Shown one piece after another: positions 48,840-58,391 of a stretch of DNA of 64,000 bases. A program made the translations under genes and the position numbers. The notes below the pieces were generated by a model. The model did not search any database, was not told the origin of the DNA, and saw only the letters and a list, made by a program, of their open reading frames with translations. The stretch's first letter is position 1. Every line of letters begins with the position of its first letter. The stretch comes from Cellulomonas sp. (lineage in GTDB: Bacteria > Actinomycetota > Actinomycetes > Actinomycetales > Cellulomonadaceae), in the NCBI RefSeq assembly GCF_015234515.1, contig NZ_JADGMY010000023.1, forward strand, positions 267,882 through 331,881. The letters are read 5' to 3'.

Positions 48840-49613
48840 GTGGCAGAGGAGCAGGAGATCTGGGACGCCGACACCGCGGCGAGCTACGACACACCCGGCA
48901 CCGGCATGTTCGCGCCCGAGGTGCTCGGGCCGACGGTCGACAGGCTCGTCGCGCTCGCGGACGGCGGTGCCGCGCTCGAGCTGGCGATCGGCACCGGTCG
49001 GGTCGCCGTGCCGCTGGCCGGGCGAGGGGTGCCCGTGACGGGCATCGAGCTGTCGCAGCCGATGGTCGACGTGCTCCGCACGAAGGTCGACGAGGCGACG
49101 GTCCCCGTGGTGATCGGCGACATGGCGACGGCCCGGGCACCGGGTCGGTTCTCGCTCGTCTACCTCGTGTTCAACACCATCTCCAACCTGCTCACGCAGG
49201 CCGAGCAGGTCGAGTGCTTCCGTAACGCCGCCCGGCACCTGGCACCGGGTGGGCGGTTCGTCATCGAGCTGTGGGTGCCGCGGCTGCGGGTGCTCCCGCC
49301 CGGCGTGGGGGCGACGGTGTGGCGCGCCGAGCCCGGGTACCTGGGCATCGACACGTACGACGTGCTCGAGCAGCGCGTGGAGTCCCACCACGTCTGGTTC
49401 GCTGAGGGGCGCGACGCGCACCTGTTCCGCAGCCCTCACCGGTACGTGTGGCCCGCGGAGCTCGACCTCATGGGCCAGCTCGCCGGGTTCGGGCTGGAGA
49501 GCCGGCACGCGGACTGGAGCGGCGCCGCGTTCACCGCCGACTCCAGGTCGCACGTATCGGTGTACCGGCTCCTCGACGGGCGCACGTCGTCGCGCACCGG
49601 CCCGCTGCCCTGA
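48840..49613 (+). CDS. Class I SAM-dependent methyltransferase
   Basis: ALELAIGTGR, GIELS..M, GDM, LVYLVFNT, HLAPGGRF. Confidence 0.9.
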   Translation: MAEEQEIWDADTAASYDTPGTGMFAPEVLGPTVDRLVALADGGAALELAIGTGRVAVPLAGRGVPVTGIELSQPMVDVLRTKVDEATVPVVIGDMATARAPGRFSLVYLVFNTISNLLTQAEQVECFRNAARHLAPGGRFVIELWVPRLRVLPPGVGATVWRAEPGYLGIDTYDVLEQRVESHHVWFAEGRDAHLFRSPHRYVWPAELDLMGQLAGFGLESRHADWSGAAFTADSRSHVSVYRLLDGRTSSRTGPLP

Positions 49614-49663
49614 CCTGGGACGGCGGGGGAGCGGGTGTGACGCGCGAGGAGTAGGCGACAGGC

Positions 49664-51427
49664 TCACCGCGCGAGCACCGCGCGCACCCGCTCCGTGTCG
49701 GCGGCCGTCCACCCGTCGGGCGGCACCACGCCCGCCCACCCGTCGAGGACCAGCCCGTCGTAGTTGTGCCCGTACCCGTCGGGCACCGACTTCGCGTTGA
49801 GCAGGTCGAACGTCAGCTGCCAGAACGTCACCACGGGGAACCACCGCATCGTCGGGCGGTCGGTGCCGACGGGTGGCTCGCGCAGTCGGTCGGGCGCGGA
49901 CAGCAGCACGTCGGGGCTCCACCACACGACCGGGTCGTCGGCGTGCTGCAGGTACAGGGCCCGCGGCGGCTCCCACGGCGTCGTCGGCACGGCGATCTGC
50001 GCGGCGTCGCCCGCGAAGCGGACGAGCAGGCCGCTCGCGTAGACGGGCGCCACGGCGGGCGTCCCGGGGTCCCGCCGCTCGACCAGGGCGTGCCAGACGG
50101 GGTTCGCGTCCGGCGGCCCCGCCCACAGCACCCCGTCGGTGCGCTCGCGGATGTCCGCCAGGGACGTGAACGCCGTCTCGCTGCCGTACGAGCCCAGGCT
50201 CTCGCCGTAGGCGAGCAGCAGCGGGCGCTCGTCGGCGGGCAGCCCGGCGAGGTGCGCCTCGACGGCCGCGAGCAGGGCCCGCGACTCCTCGCTGACCCGG
50301 GCGCGGTCGAAGAGGAAGGACAGCCAGCTCGGCAGGTACGAGTACTGGGTGGCGACCGCCGCGGTGTCCCCGGCGTACATCAGCTCGAGGGACTCGACCG
50401 CGGAGTTGTTGGCCCACCCGCTGCCCGTCGTGGTCACCAGCAGCAGCACCTGCCGCTCGAACGCGCCGGTGCGCTCGAGCTCCTCGACCGCCAGGGCGGC
50501 GCGTTCACGGGGCGTGTCGGCGTTCTCGATGCCGACGTAGACGCGCACGGGCGTCGTCGGTGCGGCGCCCGGTGCGGCCGTCCGCAGCTCGTCGGCGCTC
50601 GGACCCCCGGCGACGAAGCGGCGGCCCTCGCGACCGAGCGACCCCCACGCCACGAGCGACCCCGGCGCACCGGAGCGCTCGGCCACCGACGGACGCTCCA
50701 CGCCCGGGTGGTCGCGGTCGTTGCGTGCGGCGAACGCCGCGTCCGCCGCCCCGAGCGCACGTTGCAGCAGGACGTCGTTGACGATCACGACCCCGCCGAG
50801 CACGACCACCGTCGCGACCACGGACGCCACCGCGTGCGGCCACCTCAGCCGCCGCTCCAGGAGCGCGTCGACGCGGCGGCTCACCCACCACACCCCGCGC
50901 GCCGCCAGGACGAACGCGGCCGCGATGAGCACGAGCAGTGGCCCGGCCCGCAGCCAGTCGAGGGTCGAGGGCGGCGGCATGCCGATGGCCGCCGTCATCG
51001 CCCTCTGCCAACGGGCGCCCACCACGAGCATGACGACCACGGCCACGGCGGCGACGAGCGCCGGCACCAGCCGGGAGGCGAGCGCCGACGGGACCCGTCC
51101 GCGTGCCGTCTGCACGAGGCGGCGCCACGCGGGCACGAACCGCAGGACCCGGGCGAGCGCGACCCCGACCCCGTACCCCAGCGCCCCGGAGATCCCGGAC
51201 ACGAGCCCCTGGTAGAGCCAGTCGCGCGGCAGCAGGGAGGGCGTCATCGCGACCACCGCGAACAGCGTCCCCATCGCGAGCCCTGCGGGGTGCGGGGGCC
51301 GGGGGAGTCGTCGACGTCGCCGCCGCGGGTCCGTGCCCGCCTGGTGCCGGTCGCCCGTGGGGGAGACCCCCGACGCCGTGCGGGTGGCCCCGGACAGGGG
51401 CGCGACCTCGCCCGGACGCTGCGTCAT
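49664..51427 (-). CDS. Membrane-anchored alpha/beta-hydrolase family protein
   Basis: N-terminal TM helices; TTGSGW, QYSYLPSW, GESLGS nucleophile elbow, QHADDP. Confidence 0.85.
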   Translation of the reverse strand: MTQRPGEVAPLSGATRTASGVSPTGDRHQAGTDPRRRRRRLPRPPHPAGLAMGTLFAVVAMTPSLLPRDWLYQGLVSGISGALGYGVGVALARVLRFVPAWRRLVQTARGRVPSALASRLVPALVAAVAVVVMLVVGARWQRAMTAAIGMPPPSTLDWLRAGPLLVLIAAAFVLAARGVWWVSRRVDALLERRLRWPHAVASVVATVVVLGGVVIVNDVLLQRALGAADAAFAARNDRDHPGVERPSVAERSGAPGSLVAWGSLGREGRRFVAGGPSADELRTAAPGAAPTTPVRVYVGIENADTPRERAALAVEELERTGAFERQVLLLVTTTGSGWANNSAVESLELMYAGDTAAVATQYSYLPSWLSFLFDRARVSEESRALLAAVEAHLAGLPADERPLLLAYGESLGSYGSETAFTSLADIRERTDGVLWAGPPDANPVWHALVERRDPGTPAVAPVYASGLLVRFAGDAAQIAVPTTPWEPPRALYLQHADDPVVWWSPDVLLSAPDRLREPPVGTDRPTMRWFPVVTFWQLTFDLLNAKSVPDGYGHNYDGLVLDGWAGVVPPDGWTAADTERVRAVLAR

Positions 51428-51539
51428 GCGCGCCTCCCCCGGGGCGGTGACGTCACGCCCCGGACAGGGCCGCGCACGCCGTCACCCGAGCATCGCACCG
51501 GCTCGGACGGGCCGCCAGCAGCGCGTCGTCGGGTGCACG

Positions 51540-51626
51540 GCCCACGCCCACGGTGCCGTGCTGTTCACGAGGAACGTCGGGGACGTCGCGGGCCTCGGCG
51601 ACCTCCCCGAGGTCCTCGCGGCGTAG
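51540..51626 (+). pseudogene. Possible 3' remnant of a PIN-domain (VapC) gene
   Basis: AHAHGAVLFTRNVGDVAGLGDLPEV resembles a PIN C-terminus (L.T.N..DF.G); no start. Confidence 0.35.
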
Positions 51627-51657
51627 CAGCAGGCCGCGCCCTCCCACCTCGTCAGTG

Positions 51658-52116
51658 TCAGACGGTCGCCAGCGACGACCAGACCTCGTTGGGGCTGTTG
51701 GTGCAGGCCCCCCACGTGAGCGTGTCCGTGCGGAAGTCCTCGATGCAGCCGATGCCCCAGTCGAGCTGGTGGATGCGGCCGTCGGACGTCTGCCCCCAAC
51801 GCACCAGCAGACCGCTGTCGCAGGCCGTGACGAAGATCCCGGAGGAGCTTCCGGTGGCCAGGCACCGGCCGTCCGGGGTGCGGATGGTCTGGTCCACCGC
51901 CGAGTAGACCCAGCGCTGCGTGGCGGAACCGTCGCACTTCGTGGTGAACGCCGCCACCGGCCGCTCGGGGTGCTCACGGCGGTCGACGCACAGTCCGGTG
52001 TCCTTGTTGCGCAGCTCGCCGCCGGGCGCGGCGGCCTGTGCCGGCTGTGCCGCGCCGAACAGGCTGAGGGCCAGCAGGGCGGATGCCGCCAGCGTCGAGA
52101 TGATCTTGCGCACCAT
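51658..52116 (-). CDS. Small secreted ricin-B lectin protein
   Basis: Signal peptide ending AQA; GLCVD, QRW, GRCLA, GCIE, CTNSPNEVW repeats. Confidence 0.82.
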   Translation of the reverse strand: MVRKIISTLAASALLALSLFGAAQPAQAAAPGGELRNKDTGLCVDRREHPERPVAAFTTKCDGSATQRWVYSAVDQTIRTPDGRCLATGSSSGIFVTACDSGLLVRWGQTSDGRIHQLDWGIGCIEDFRTDTLTWGACTNSPNEVWSSLATV

Positions 52117-52492
52117 CGTCGGGCTCCTTCTCGCGAGGCTGAGACCGGGCGGTCGCGCCGACGCCTGACGACGTCGGCGGTGACGTCGATCCGTGGAGAT
52201 AGTGGAACGTTGCACTACCCACTGTCCTCGTCGCGATGCAGAGTCCTTTGAGAATCGGCCCCGGATTGAGCCGCACGTCGACGGCCTCGAGATCACACCC
52301 GCAGCAGGCACCCGCGAGCGGACCATCGACATCACGACCCCGGGGGCGCCGCACCGGCCGGCCCCGACTCTCGTACGCGGTGGCTCCCTCGTGCCGGTCA
52401 CCCCGATCACTGGACGCAGCCCTCCCCGGTGGGATGCTGGAGACAAGCGGGCCGGAGCTATACCTCCTTGTTGACCGCCTCAGGAGAGAGCC

Positions 52493-53188
52493 ATGCCAGA
52501 CCATTCGGAGCTCCGGCGGCAGAGGGCCCACTACATCTGCCCTGCGTGCGGCGATGAGCACGTCGTCCCTGTCGATGTGCACCTGGAACCCGAGCCGATC
52601 GTCTTCGGCGGACCAGGGGACACCATCCCGCACTCGAGGAAGGTGACCCTGGAGTGTCCCCGTGATCATGTCCTGGCCGATGTCCTCCTCCCGCTGACGG
52701 CACCCGCCGGGTACCTGGTTGCCTCGTGCGCGGTGGTCGGTAAGCCGGAACCGGCGGCGGGGAACGACGTCGACGCACGCCATGTGGGTGAGGACGTCCC
52801 CGGTCCGGCGCCCGTCGTCTACGACGAAGCACGAAAGCAGTCGGTGGAGGCGATCCGGCGGTTCTCGGCGTCGCTGCTGACGACGTCCACAGGAGGCGTG
52901 GCTGTCTACTTCGCGGTGCTGAAGTACCTGGGTCTCGAGTCGGCCCAGCCCGAGTCCCTGCTCGGCAGAGCCATGACCGTCCTGCCGGCGGCACTGCTGG
53001 TGGGAGCGGCGGCAGTGTCGCTCTGGGCGTGCCAACCTCTGCTCGCCGCCGTGCCGATGCAGGACTTCGACGCCAGCAGGGCCAGGTACCTCAGGAGCAG
53101 GATGCGACGAGTGAACATCGCGGCCGCGCTGCTGCTCGCCGCGACGCTCGTGAGCGTGGGCGTGTGGACCATGCTGGTGTTCCGGTGA
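52493..53188 (+). CDS. Hypothetical: CxxC zinc-ribbon-like N-terminus plus three TM helices
   Basis: CPACGDEH...ECPRDH; three hydrophobic segments in the C-terminal half. Confidence 0.6.
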   Translation: MPDHSELRRQRAHYICPACGDEHVVPVDVHLEPEPIVFGGPGDTIPHSRKVTLECPRDHVLADVLLPLTAPAGYLVASCAVVGKPEPAAGNDVDARHVGEDVPGPAPVVYDEARKQSVEAIRRFSASLLTTSTGGVAVYFAVLKYLGLESAQPESLLGRAMTVLPAALLVGAAAVSLWACQPLLAAVPMQDFDASRARYLRSRMRRVNIAAALLLAATLVSVGVWTMLVFR

Positions 53189-54738
53189 CCGGCGACCCGC
53201 CCGACGTGGCGGTCGTCGCGGCCCTCGTTGCGGCCGTCGACCTCTGGCAGAGCCGGACCGGCAAGACCGCTGCCGTCTACGTCGTCGGCATGCCCCGCGG
53301 CCCCGCGCGCCTGCACCAGCTCGACGCAGACGGGTGCCAAGGGGACTGGCTCCTCCGGTGGCTCAGCCGCCGGCGCGAGCACGGCATCGACACCGATCCC
53401 GTGCTCGTGATCCGCACCGGGGCAGGCGTCGAGACCGTGGCCTACCTGGGCGCCGACGATCTCACGGGGTTGATCACACTCCGCGACGCTGGCGGCCGTC
53501 ACGCGACGGTCACGCAGCCCGCGCTCGCGCCCCGGCTCCTCGGTGCAGTGGTCGATCGCGACGATGCGCCCGGCGACTTCGGGGAAGCCCCGTACGTCCC
53601 GCCTGCGCAGGAGATGCCGGACGACATCTACGACGAACGCGTGCTGGCATACCGGACCGATGACGGCATGTACCCCGAGGCGATCTGGCTCGACGTGTAC
53701 AGGAAGGCACAGTCGACGCCGTGGGTATGCGTCATCAACAGTGACCATCTTCCCGACCTGCGGAGGATTCCGTACCGGTACTCCGTCGAGACAGAGCGGC
53801 TCGCACGCCTCGCGGAGAAGGCCCGCCCCATCCTCCTCGGGGTGTCGACCGGGCGTGGGCTGCACTTCGTCTCAGGGCTGGGCGCGGACGGTGCGGGGAG
53901 GTTCCACTTCCGCGACCCCTGGGGAGGGCGGAGCCTCCTGTGTCGCGAGAACAACACCCTTGGCATCGCCGCGCAGCGAGATCCGGACGCCAGGACGGTC
54001 GGGGACTGGACGATCGCGGCGGACGAGCTGCGGACGGCAGTGCGTATCGCGCTCGTCTGGTGGCGAACGTGGGCCGAGCTGAACGCGGTCGAGGTGTATC
54101 CGAGGGCAGACGACTTCACCGCGCAGGTGTTCGGCCCAGGTAGGGACACCCCCGGCTGCGCTCAGAACCGGTTGTCCGAGGACGCCGTCGAGCACCGGTG
54201 GCAGGGCGTGTCCGATGGCGCGCACCGCTTCGACCTCCGGGTGACCGTCGACCGCGACGAACGTGTGAGGTGGGTCCGGACGACCCTGGACCGTACCGAC
54301 CAGCCAGGGCTCTGGCCGTCAGCCATGGGAGTCGACGTGCTGTCACGAGTCCTCCGAGCGGTGCTCGCGCAATCCGACCTTGACGAGCTGCGACCGTTGT
54401 TGAGCGCGCTTCCCGGCCTGACCAGCGCCACCTCGATCTCGGTGCACGGCGCGCCGGCTCATCTGCAGCAGGCTCTGGCGGGAGCGGCCGACGTCCTGAG
54501 TGGCGCAGCGGCGAGACAGTACGTGCCGCTCCTCTACTCGAGCCTCAGCCTCAAGCGTTCCCCGCTGTGGCCCTCGACGGTCATGATCGATGTCGTTCTC
54601 GGGGAGAGTCGTCTTCGCACGCGCGGCACGGCCAGCAGCGCCGCCGTGATGGACGCGGCGCTGGGCGCCCTCGGCTTACCGGTCCATGAGGGACGGTTCC
54701 CGTGGGAGCCCCGCCCGGGGACATTCGACGCGCCCTGA
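53185..54738 (+). CDS. Hypothetical protein, possible papain/C39-like central segment
   Basis: GTGA coupling; GLHFVSGLG...FHFRDPWG pattern. Confidence 0.55.
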   Translation: MTGDPPDVAVVAALVAAVDLWQSRTGKTAAVYVVGMPRGPARLHQLDADGCQGDWLLRWLSRRREHGIDTDPVLVIRTGAGVETVAYLGADDLTGLITLRDAGGRHATVTQPALAPRLLGAVVDRDDAPGDFGEAPYVPPAQEMPDDIYDERVLAYRTDDGMYPEAIWLDVYRKAQSTPWVCVINSDHLPDLRRIPYRYSVETERLARLAEKARPILLGVSTGRGLHFVSGLGADGAGRFHFRDPWGGRSLLCRENNTLGIAAQRDPDARTVGDWTIAADELRTAVRIALVWWRTWAELNAVEVYPRADDFTAQVFGPGRDTPGCAQNRLSEDAVEHRWQGVSDGAHRFDLRVTVDRDERVRWVRTTLDRTDQPGLWPSAMGVDVLSRVLRAVLAQSDLDELRPLLSALPGLTSATSISVHGAPAHLQQALAGAADVLSGAAARQYVPLLYSSLSLKRSPLWPSTVMIDVVLGESRLRTRGTASSAAVMDAALGALGLPVHEGRFPWEPRPGTFDAP

Positions 54739-54975
54739 CGACCCGGTCATCGATCGCGCGGCTGGTCAGGGTACGACGCTCGACGTCGGTCGATCACTCG
54801 CGCATCTCGACACCCGCCATCGACGTGGACTGTCGAGATGCAGCACGGTTCGACTGAGCGGCGTCATGGTCTGCCGTGAAGACCGGCTCGTGCTCGCCCC
54901 GGGCCGAACCCGGTCCTGGCCCGGGCGGGCTGTGGCAGAGCGACTCTCGCTGCAGGCTGCCCGCCATGAGGGGCG

Positions 54976-55573
54976 CTACTGGTCCACGACGTCATCCGGC
55001 CAGAGCCCGATCACGCTGCTGAAGCGGTCCACGACGGCCGCGACGACTCCGTCGCCGTCGAGCGCGCGCTGGACGTCCTGACGTGACGGGGATGCTCTCC
55101 GTCGACCCACCGGTGCAGCGACGTGAGCGGGCCGGCGAGTCCGGGCTCGATCTCGGACCACCGTCGGCCGGGTAGGCCGTCAGGCCGGCGGCTGGATCCG
55201 GGCCGGTGAGATGAACGCAGTAGTGGCGGAGGAAGACCCGCAGGCCGTAGGCGGCGTCGGTGTCACCTGCGAGCTCCTCGCTCGCGGCGGCCGCGACCTC
55301 GACTCCCCGGCACCGGTCGGCGTAGCGGGCCGAGAGGCGTCGCCCGACGACGGCCGCGTCGGGCAGGTCGATCGACAGCAGGTCCACGTCCGACGACCCG
55401 GGACGCGCAGAGCCGGTGGCGACGGAGCCGTAGAGGTACAGGGACGCCCCCGGCTCGCCGACGAGGGCGACGGCGTCCCTCAGGACGTCCTCGAAGACGC
55501 CGGGCACGCGGTCCCGGCGCGCGCCCGTGCGGATGGTGCCGTCACTCGCCACGCCCTCGTCCGGGTCGGTCAA
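54976..55573 (-). pseudogene. Pol-beta-type nucleotidyltransferase gene with internal deletion/frameshifts
   Basis: LYLYGSVATG..SDVDL motif; frame breaks after YPADG; C-terminal remnant QDVQRALDGDGVVAAVVDRFSSVIGLW. Confidence 0.65.
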
Positions 55574-55667
55574 CGTGCGCTCCCCTCCGCGGGCGGGCCC
55601 GGCTCACCGGTCAACGTAGCGGGGGCGGTGGAGGCGCGCGCAGGGACCGGTCCGCGAGGATGGGCCG

Positions 55668-56345
55668 ATGAGCGAGCGCTTCCGACCCGGCGAGAGCGTC
55701 GTGGTCCGCGAGGTCGTCGACGGCCTGCTGTGGACGGAACGCCCTGTCACGGTGGTCGTCGACGATCCCGACCGGCTCGTCCTGCACCAGGCCGCCGGCA
55801 GCGTGACGCGGGAGCCCATCGACCCGTCCGAGCGCACGGACTACCTGCGGATCATGGCGGGCAGGCGCTGGACCCTGCGCGACAAGGTGTGGCAGCCGCC
55901 CGGTCGTCTGCGGATCGGTCGCGTCGGCCAGCCCTTCGAGGTGTGGCGGCTGTCGACCCCCGACGAGCGGGAGGTGAGCGCCTGGTACGTGAACCTGCAG
56001 GAACCGTTGCGACGCACGGCCGACGGCTTCGAGACCCTCGACCACGTGCTCGACATCCTCGTCGCGCCCGACCTGTCGTGGTGGCGGTGGAAGGACGAGG
56101 ACGAGCTCGTCGCGGCCGTGGAGCACGGGGTCCTGACGGCGAGGGAGGCCGCCGCCGTCAGGGCCACCGGCGAGGCGGTGATCGCCGACATCGAGCGCGG
56201 CGACCCGCCGTGGGACCTCACCTGGGCGACCTGGCGGCCGGGAGAGCGCGACCCGGGCCCAGGTGAGCAGGCGCAGAGCAGGGCGGCGAGCGCGGTGCGA
56301 CACCTCCCCGGACGGCACCGCCTACGGCGCCGGGACCGGCGTTGA
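55668..56345 (+). CDS. DUF402-family protein
   Basis: WYVNLQEP.RRT..GFETLDHVLDILV..D..W.WKDEDEL. Confidence 0.82.
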   Translation: MSERFRPGESVVVREVVDGLLWTERPVTVVVDDPDRLVLHQAAGSVTREPIDPSERTDYLRIMAGRRWTLRDKVWQPPGRLRIGRVGQPFEVWRLSTPDEREVSAWYVNLQEPLRRTADGFETLDHVLDILVAPDLSWWRWKDEDELVAAVEHGVLTAREAAAVRATGEAVIADIERGDPPWDLTWATWRPGERDPGPGEQAQSRAASAVRHLPGRHRLRRRDRR

Positions 56346-57134
56346 GCGGGCGTGCTCGAGCGCCCAGGCCAGGGCGTGGTCCGCGACCTCCTCCCAGCCC
56401 GGTTCGGCGCAGATCCAGTGCGAGCGGCCCGGGAACTCGTGGTACTCGGTGAGGGCGGGCGACTTCGCGTAGTGCTTCGCGTTCGACCTGTTCACCGAGG
56501 GCGGCATGATGTGGTCCTTCTCGCCGCCGATGAACAGCAGGGGCGCACGATCGGCGTCGTAGTCCACCCACGTCTCCTGCTTGCCCGGCTTGAGGTTCGC
56601 GATCAGGCCGTAGGCCCACACCCAGCTGCCCGGCGCGGGGATCGCGAACTCGCGCCACACCGCGTCGGAGTCCTCGCGCGAGAGCGTGTTCGCGAACGCG
56701 TAGTGGAACTCCTCGGGTGTGAACGCCACGGCCCGGTGCGCGTTCGCCGGGTTCCGCAGTGCCGGGAACAGTGACCTGACCTGCGACAGGGGGGTCACGT
56801 GAACCCCCTCGGTCGGTGCGGAGTCCACGACCACGCCCGCCGCTCCCAGGCCGCGAGCCAGGAGCAGCTGGGTGAGGGTGCCGCCGAAGGAGTGGCCCAT
56901 GATGATCGGCGGCTCAGGCAGTGCCGCGATCTGCGTCGCGAGGTGGTCGACGGTCTCAGGCACCGTGAGCCGGGCGATCACCTCAGTGTTCTCCCGCAGC
57001 GCCTCGACCTCGACCTCGAAGCCGGGATAGGCCGGGACGAGGACGTCGTGGCCCGCGGCCTCGAAGCGGTCCTTCCAGCCGCGCCAGCTGCGCGGGGTCA
57101 TCCACAGGCCGTGCACGAGCACGATGGTGGTCAT
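56322..57134 (-). CDS. Alpha/beta hydrolase
   Basis: VLVHGLW, GHSFGG, GEKDH, RSHW. Confidence 0.9.
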   Translation of the reverse strand: MTTIVLVHGLWMTPRSWRGWKDRFEAAGHDVLVPAYPGFEVEVEALRENTEVIARLTVPETVDHLATQIAALPEPPIIMGHSFGGTLTQLLLARGLGAAGVVVDSAPTEGVHVTPLSQVRSLFPALRNPANAHRAVAFTPEEFHYAFANTLSREDSDAVWREFAIPAPGSWVWAYGLIANLKPGKQETWVDYDADRAPLLFIGGEKDHIMPPSVNRSNAKHYAKSPALTEYHEFPGRSHWICAEPGWEEVADHALAWALEHARSTPVPAP

Positions 57135-57416
57135 GATCGGTTCCTCTCAGGCTGTCGGGGAGTCGATGAAGATGAGAGATCGCCTGTCGTCGAACGGCAC
57201 AGATCGGCTCTGGCGGGGGATGTGGTCGACCACCCCGGCGACGTACGCTGGGGCCTCGACGCGGTACACACTGGTCCAGCGGGGAACCGTCGGACCTGCG
57301 CAGGTCCGTCAGAGACCTGCTGTTGGCAGCCACAGACCAGCCAGAGGGCGGGGTCCCGCACGGGGACGGCGCCCTCGACCTCACGACCCACGGCCACGAG
57401 GGGAAGGGGCGGTGGC

Positions 57417-58391
57417 ATGGTGGTGCTGCTGGACACCCGGACCGTCGCGTCCACGGACAGGCTGTCGGCGATCTCGGCCGCCCTGGAGGGGACCACAGCT
57501 CCGTGCGACGTCCGCTACGACGACGCCCCGGACCGTGTCTTCACGCGTATCGAGGCCTGGCGGCTGGGCGACGTGGACGTGTGGCGGAACCAGGCCTCCG
57601 GGATGCGGATGGTCCGCGGCAGCCGTCACCTCCGGGTCGACCCGGACTGCCGGATCTCGATCGCCGTCCAGGAGGCCGGTCGGTCGCTGATCAGCTACGA
57701 CGACGCCGACCCCGACGTTCGCGCGGGGACGGGCGGCTTGATCTGCGTCGACCTGACGAAGCCGTACGACTACGCGTGGCGGGGGCTGGGCTCGGCCTTC
57801 TGCATCTCCGTACCTGCCGACCAGGTCGGGCTGCCGGCACACGTCGTCCGCACCGCCTCACGCCAGCTGAGGACCAGCCCGCTCTACGGCCTGTTCCAGC
57901 GGCACCTGCTCGGTCTGGCACACCGCACCGACGCGGTCACGGCGGATCCGACCGCCACTGCGGTCGGTAGCGCCTCGGTCGACCTGCTGCGTGCCCTGCT
58001 CGCGTCCGCCGCGCACGACGCCAGGTTCGCACGGAGCACGATCGCGGCGACGCTGCTGGTCCAGGTGCGCGCCTACGTCCAGCAGCACCTGCGCGACGCC
58101 GACCTGACGCCCGCCACGGTCGCGCAGGCGCACAACATCTCCGAGCGGCACCTCTTCAGGATCTGTGCCGCGGCGGACTTCAGCCTGGAGCAGTGGATCA
58201 TCGGCCGACGCCTGGTGGGCGCGCACGACGAGCTCGCTCGCGCCTCGAACGTCATGGTCCCGATCTCCTCGATCGCCCGCCGCTGGGGCTTCCGTGACCC
58301 CGCGCACTTCACGCGTCGCTTCAAGGCGGCCTACGGGCTCACCCCGCGGGACTGGCGTCGCATCGCGCTCTCCGAGCCTGCCGGAACCTGA
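57417..58391 (+). CDS. AraC-family regulator
   Basis: N-terminal ligand-binding cupin-like part; LTPATVAQAHNISERHL...ARRWGFRDPAHFTRRFKAAYG. Confidence 0.9.
   Translation: MVVLLDTRTVASTDRLSAISAALEGTTAPCDVRYDDAPDRVFTRIEAWRLGDVDVWRNQASGMRMVRGSRHLRVDPDCRISIAVQEAGRSLISYDDADPDVRAGTGGLICVDLTKPYDYAWRGLGSAFCISVPADQVGLPAHVVRTASRQLRTSPLYGLFQRHLLGLAHRTDAVTADPTATAVGSASVDLLRALLASAAHDARFARSTIAATLLVQVRAYVQQHLRDADLTPATVAQAHNISERHLFRICAAADFSLEQWIIGRRLVGAHDELARASNVMVPISSIARRWGFRDPAHFTRRFKAAYGLTPRDWRRIALSEPAGT

Noticed and set aside
58331-58391. 61-nt convergent overlap of the DJ-1 and araC genes (also 24 nt at 56322-56345)
   Set aside because: Most simply explained by stop-codon drift in high-GC DNA; no sign of function.
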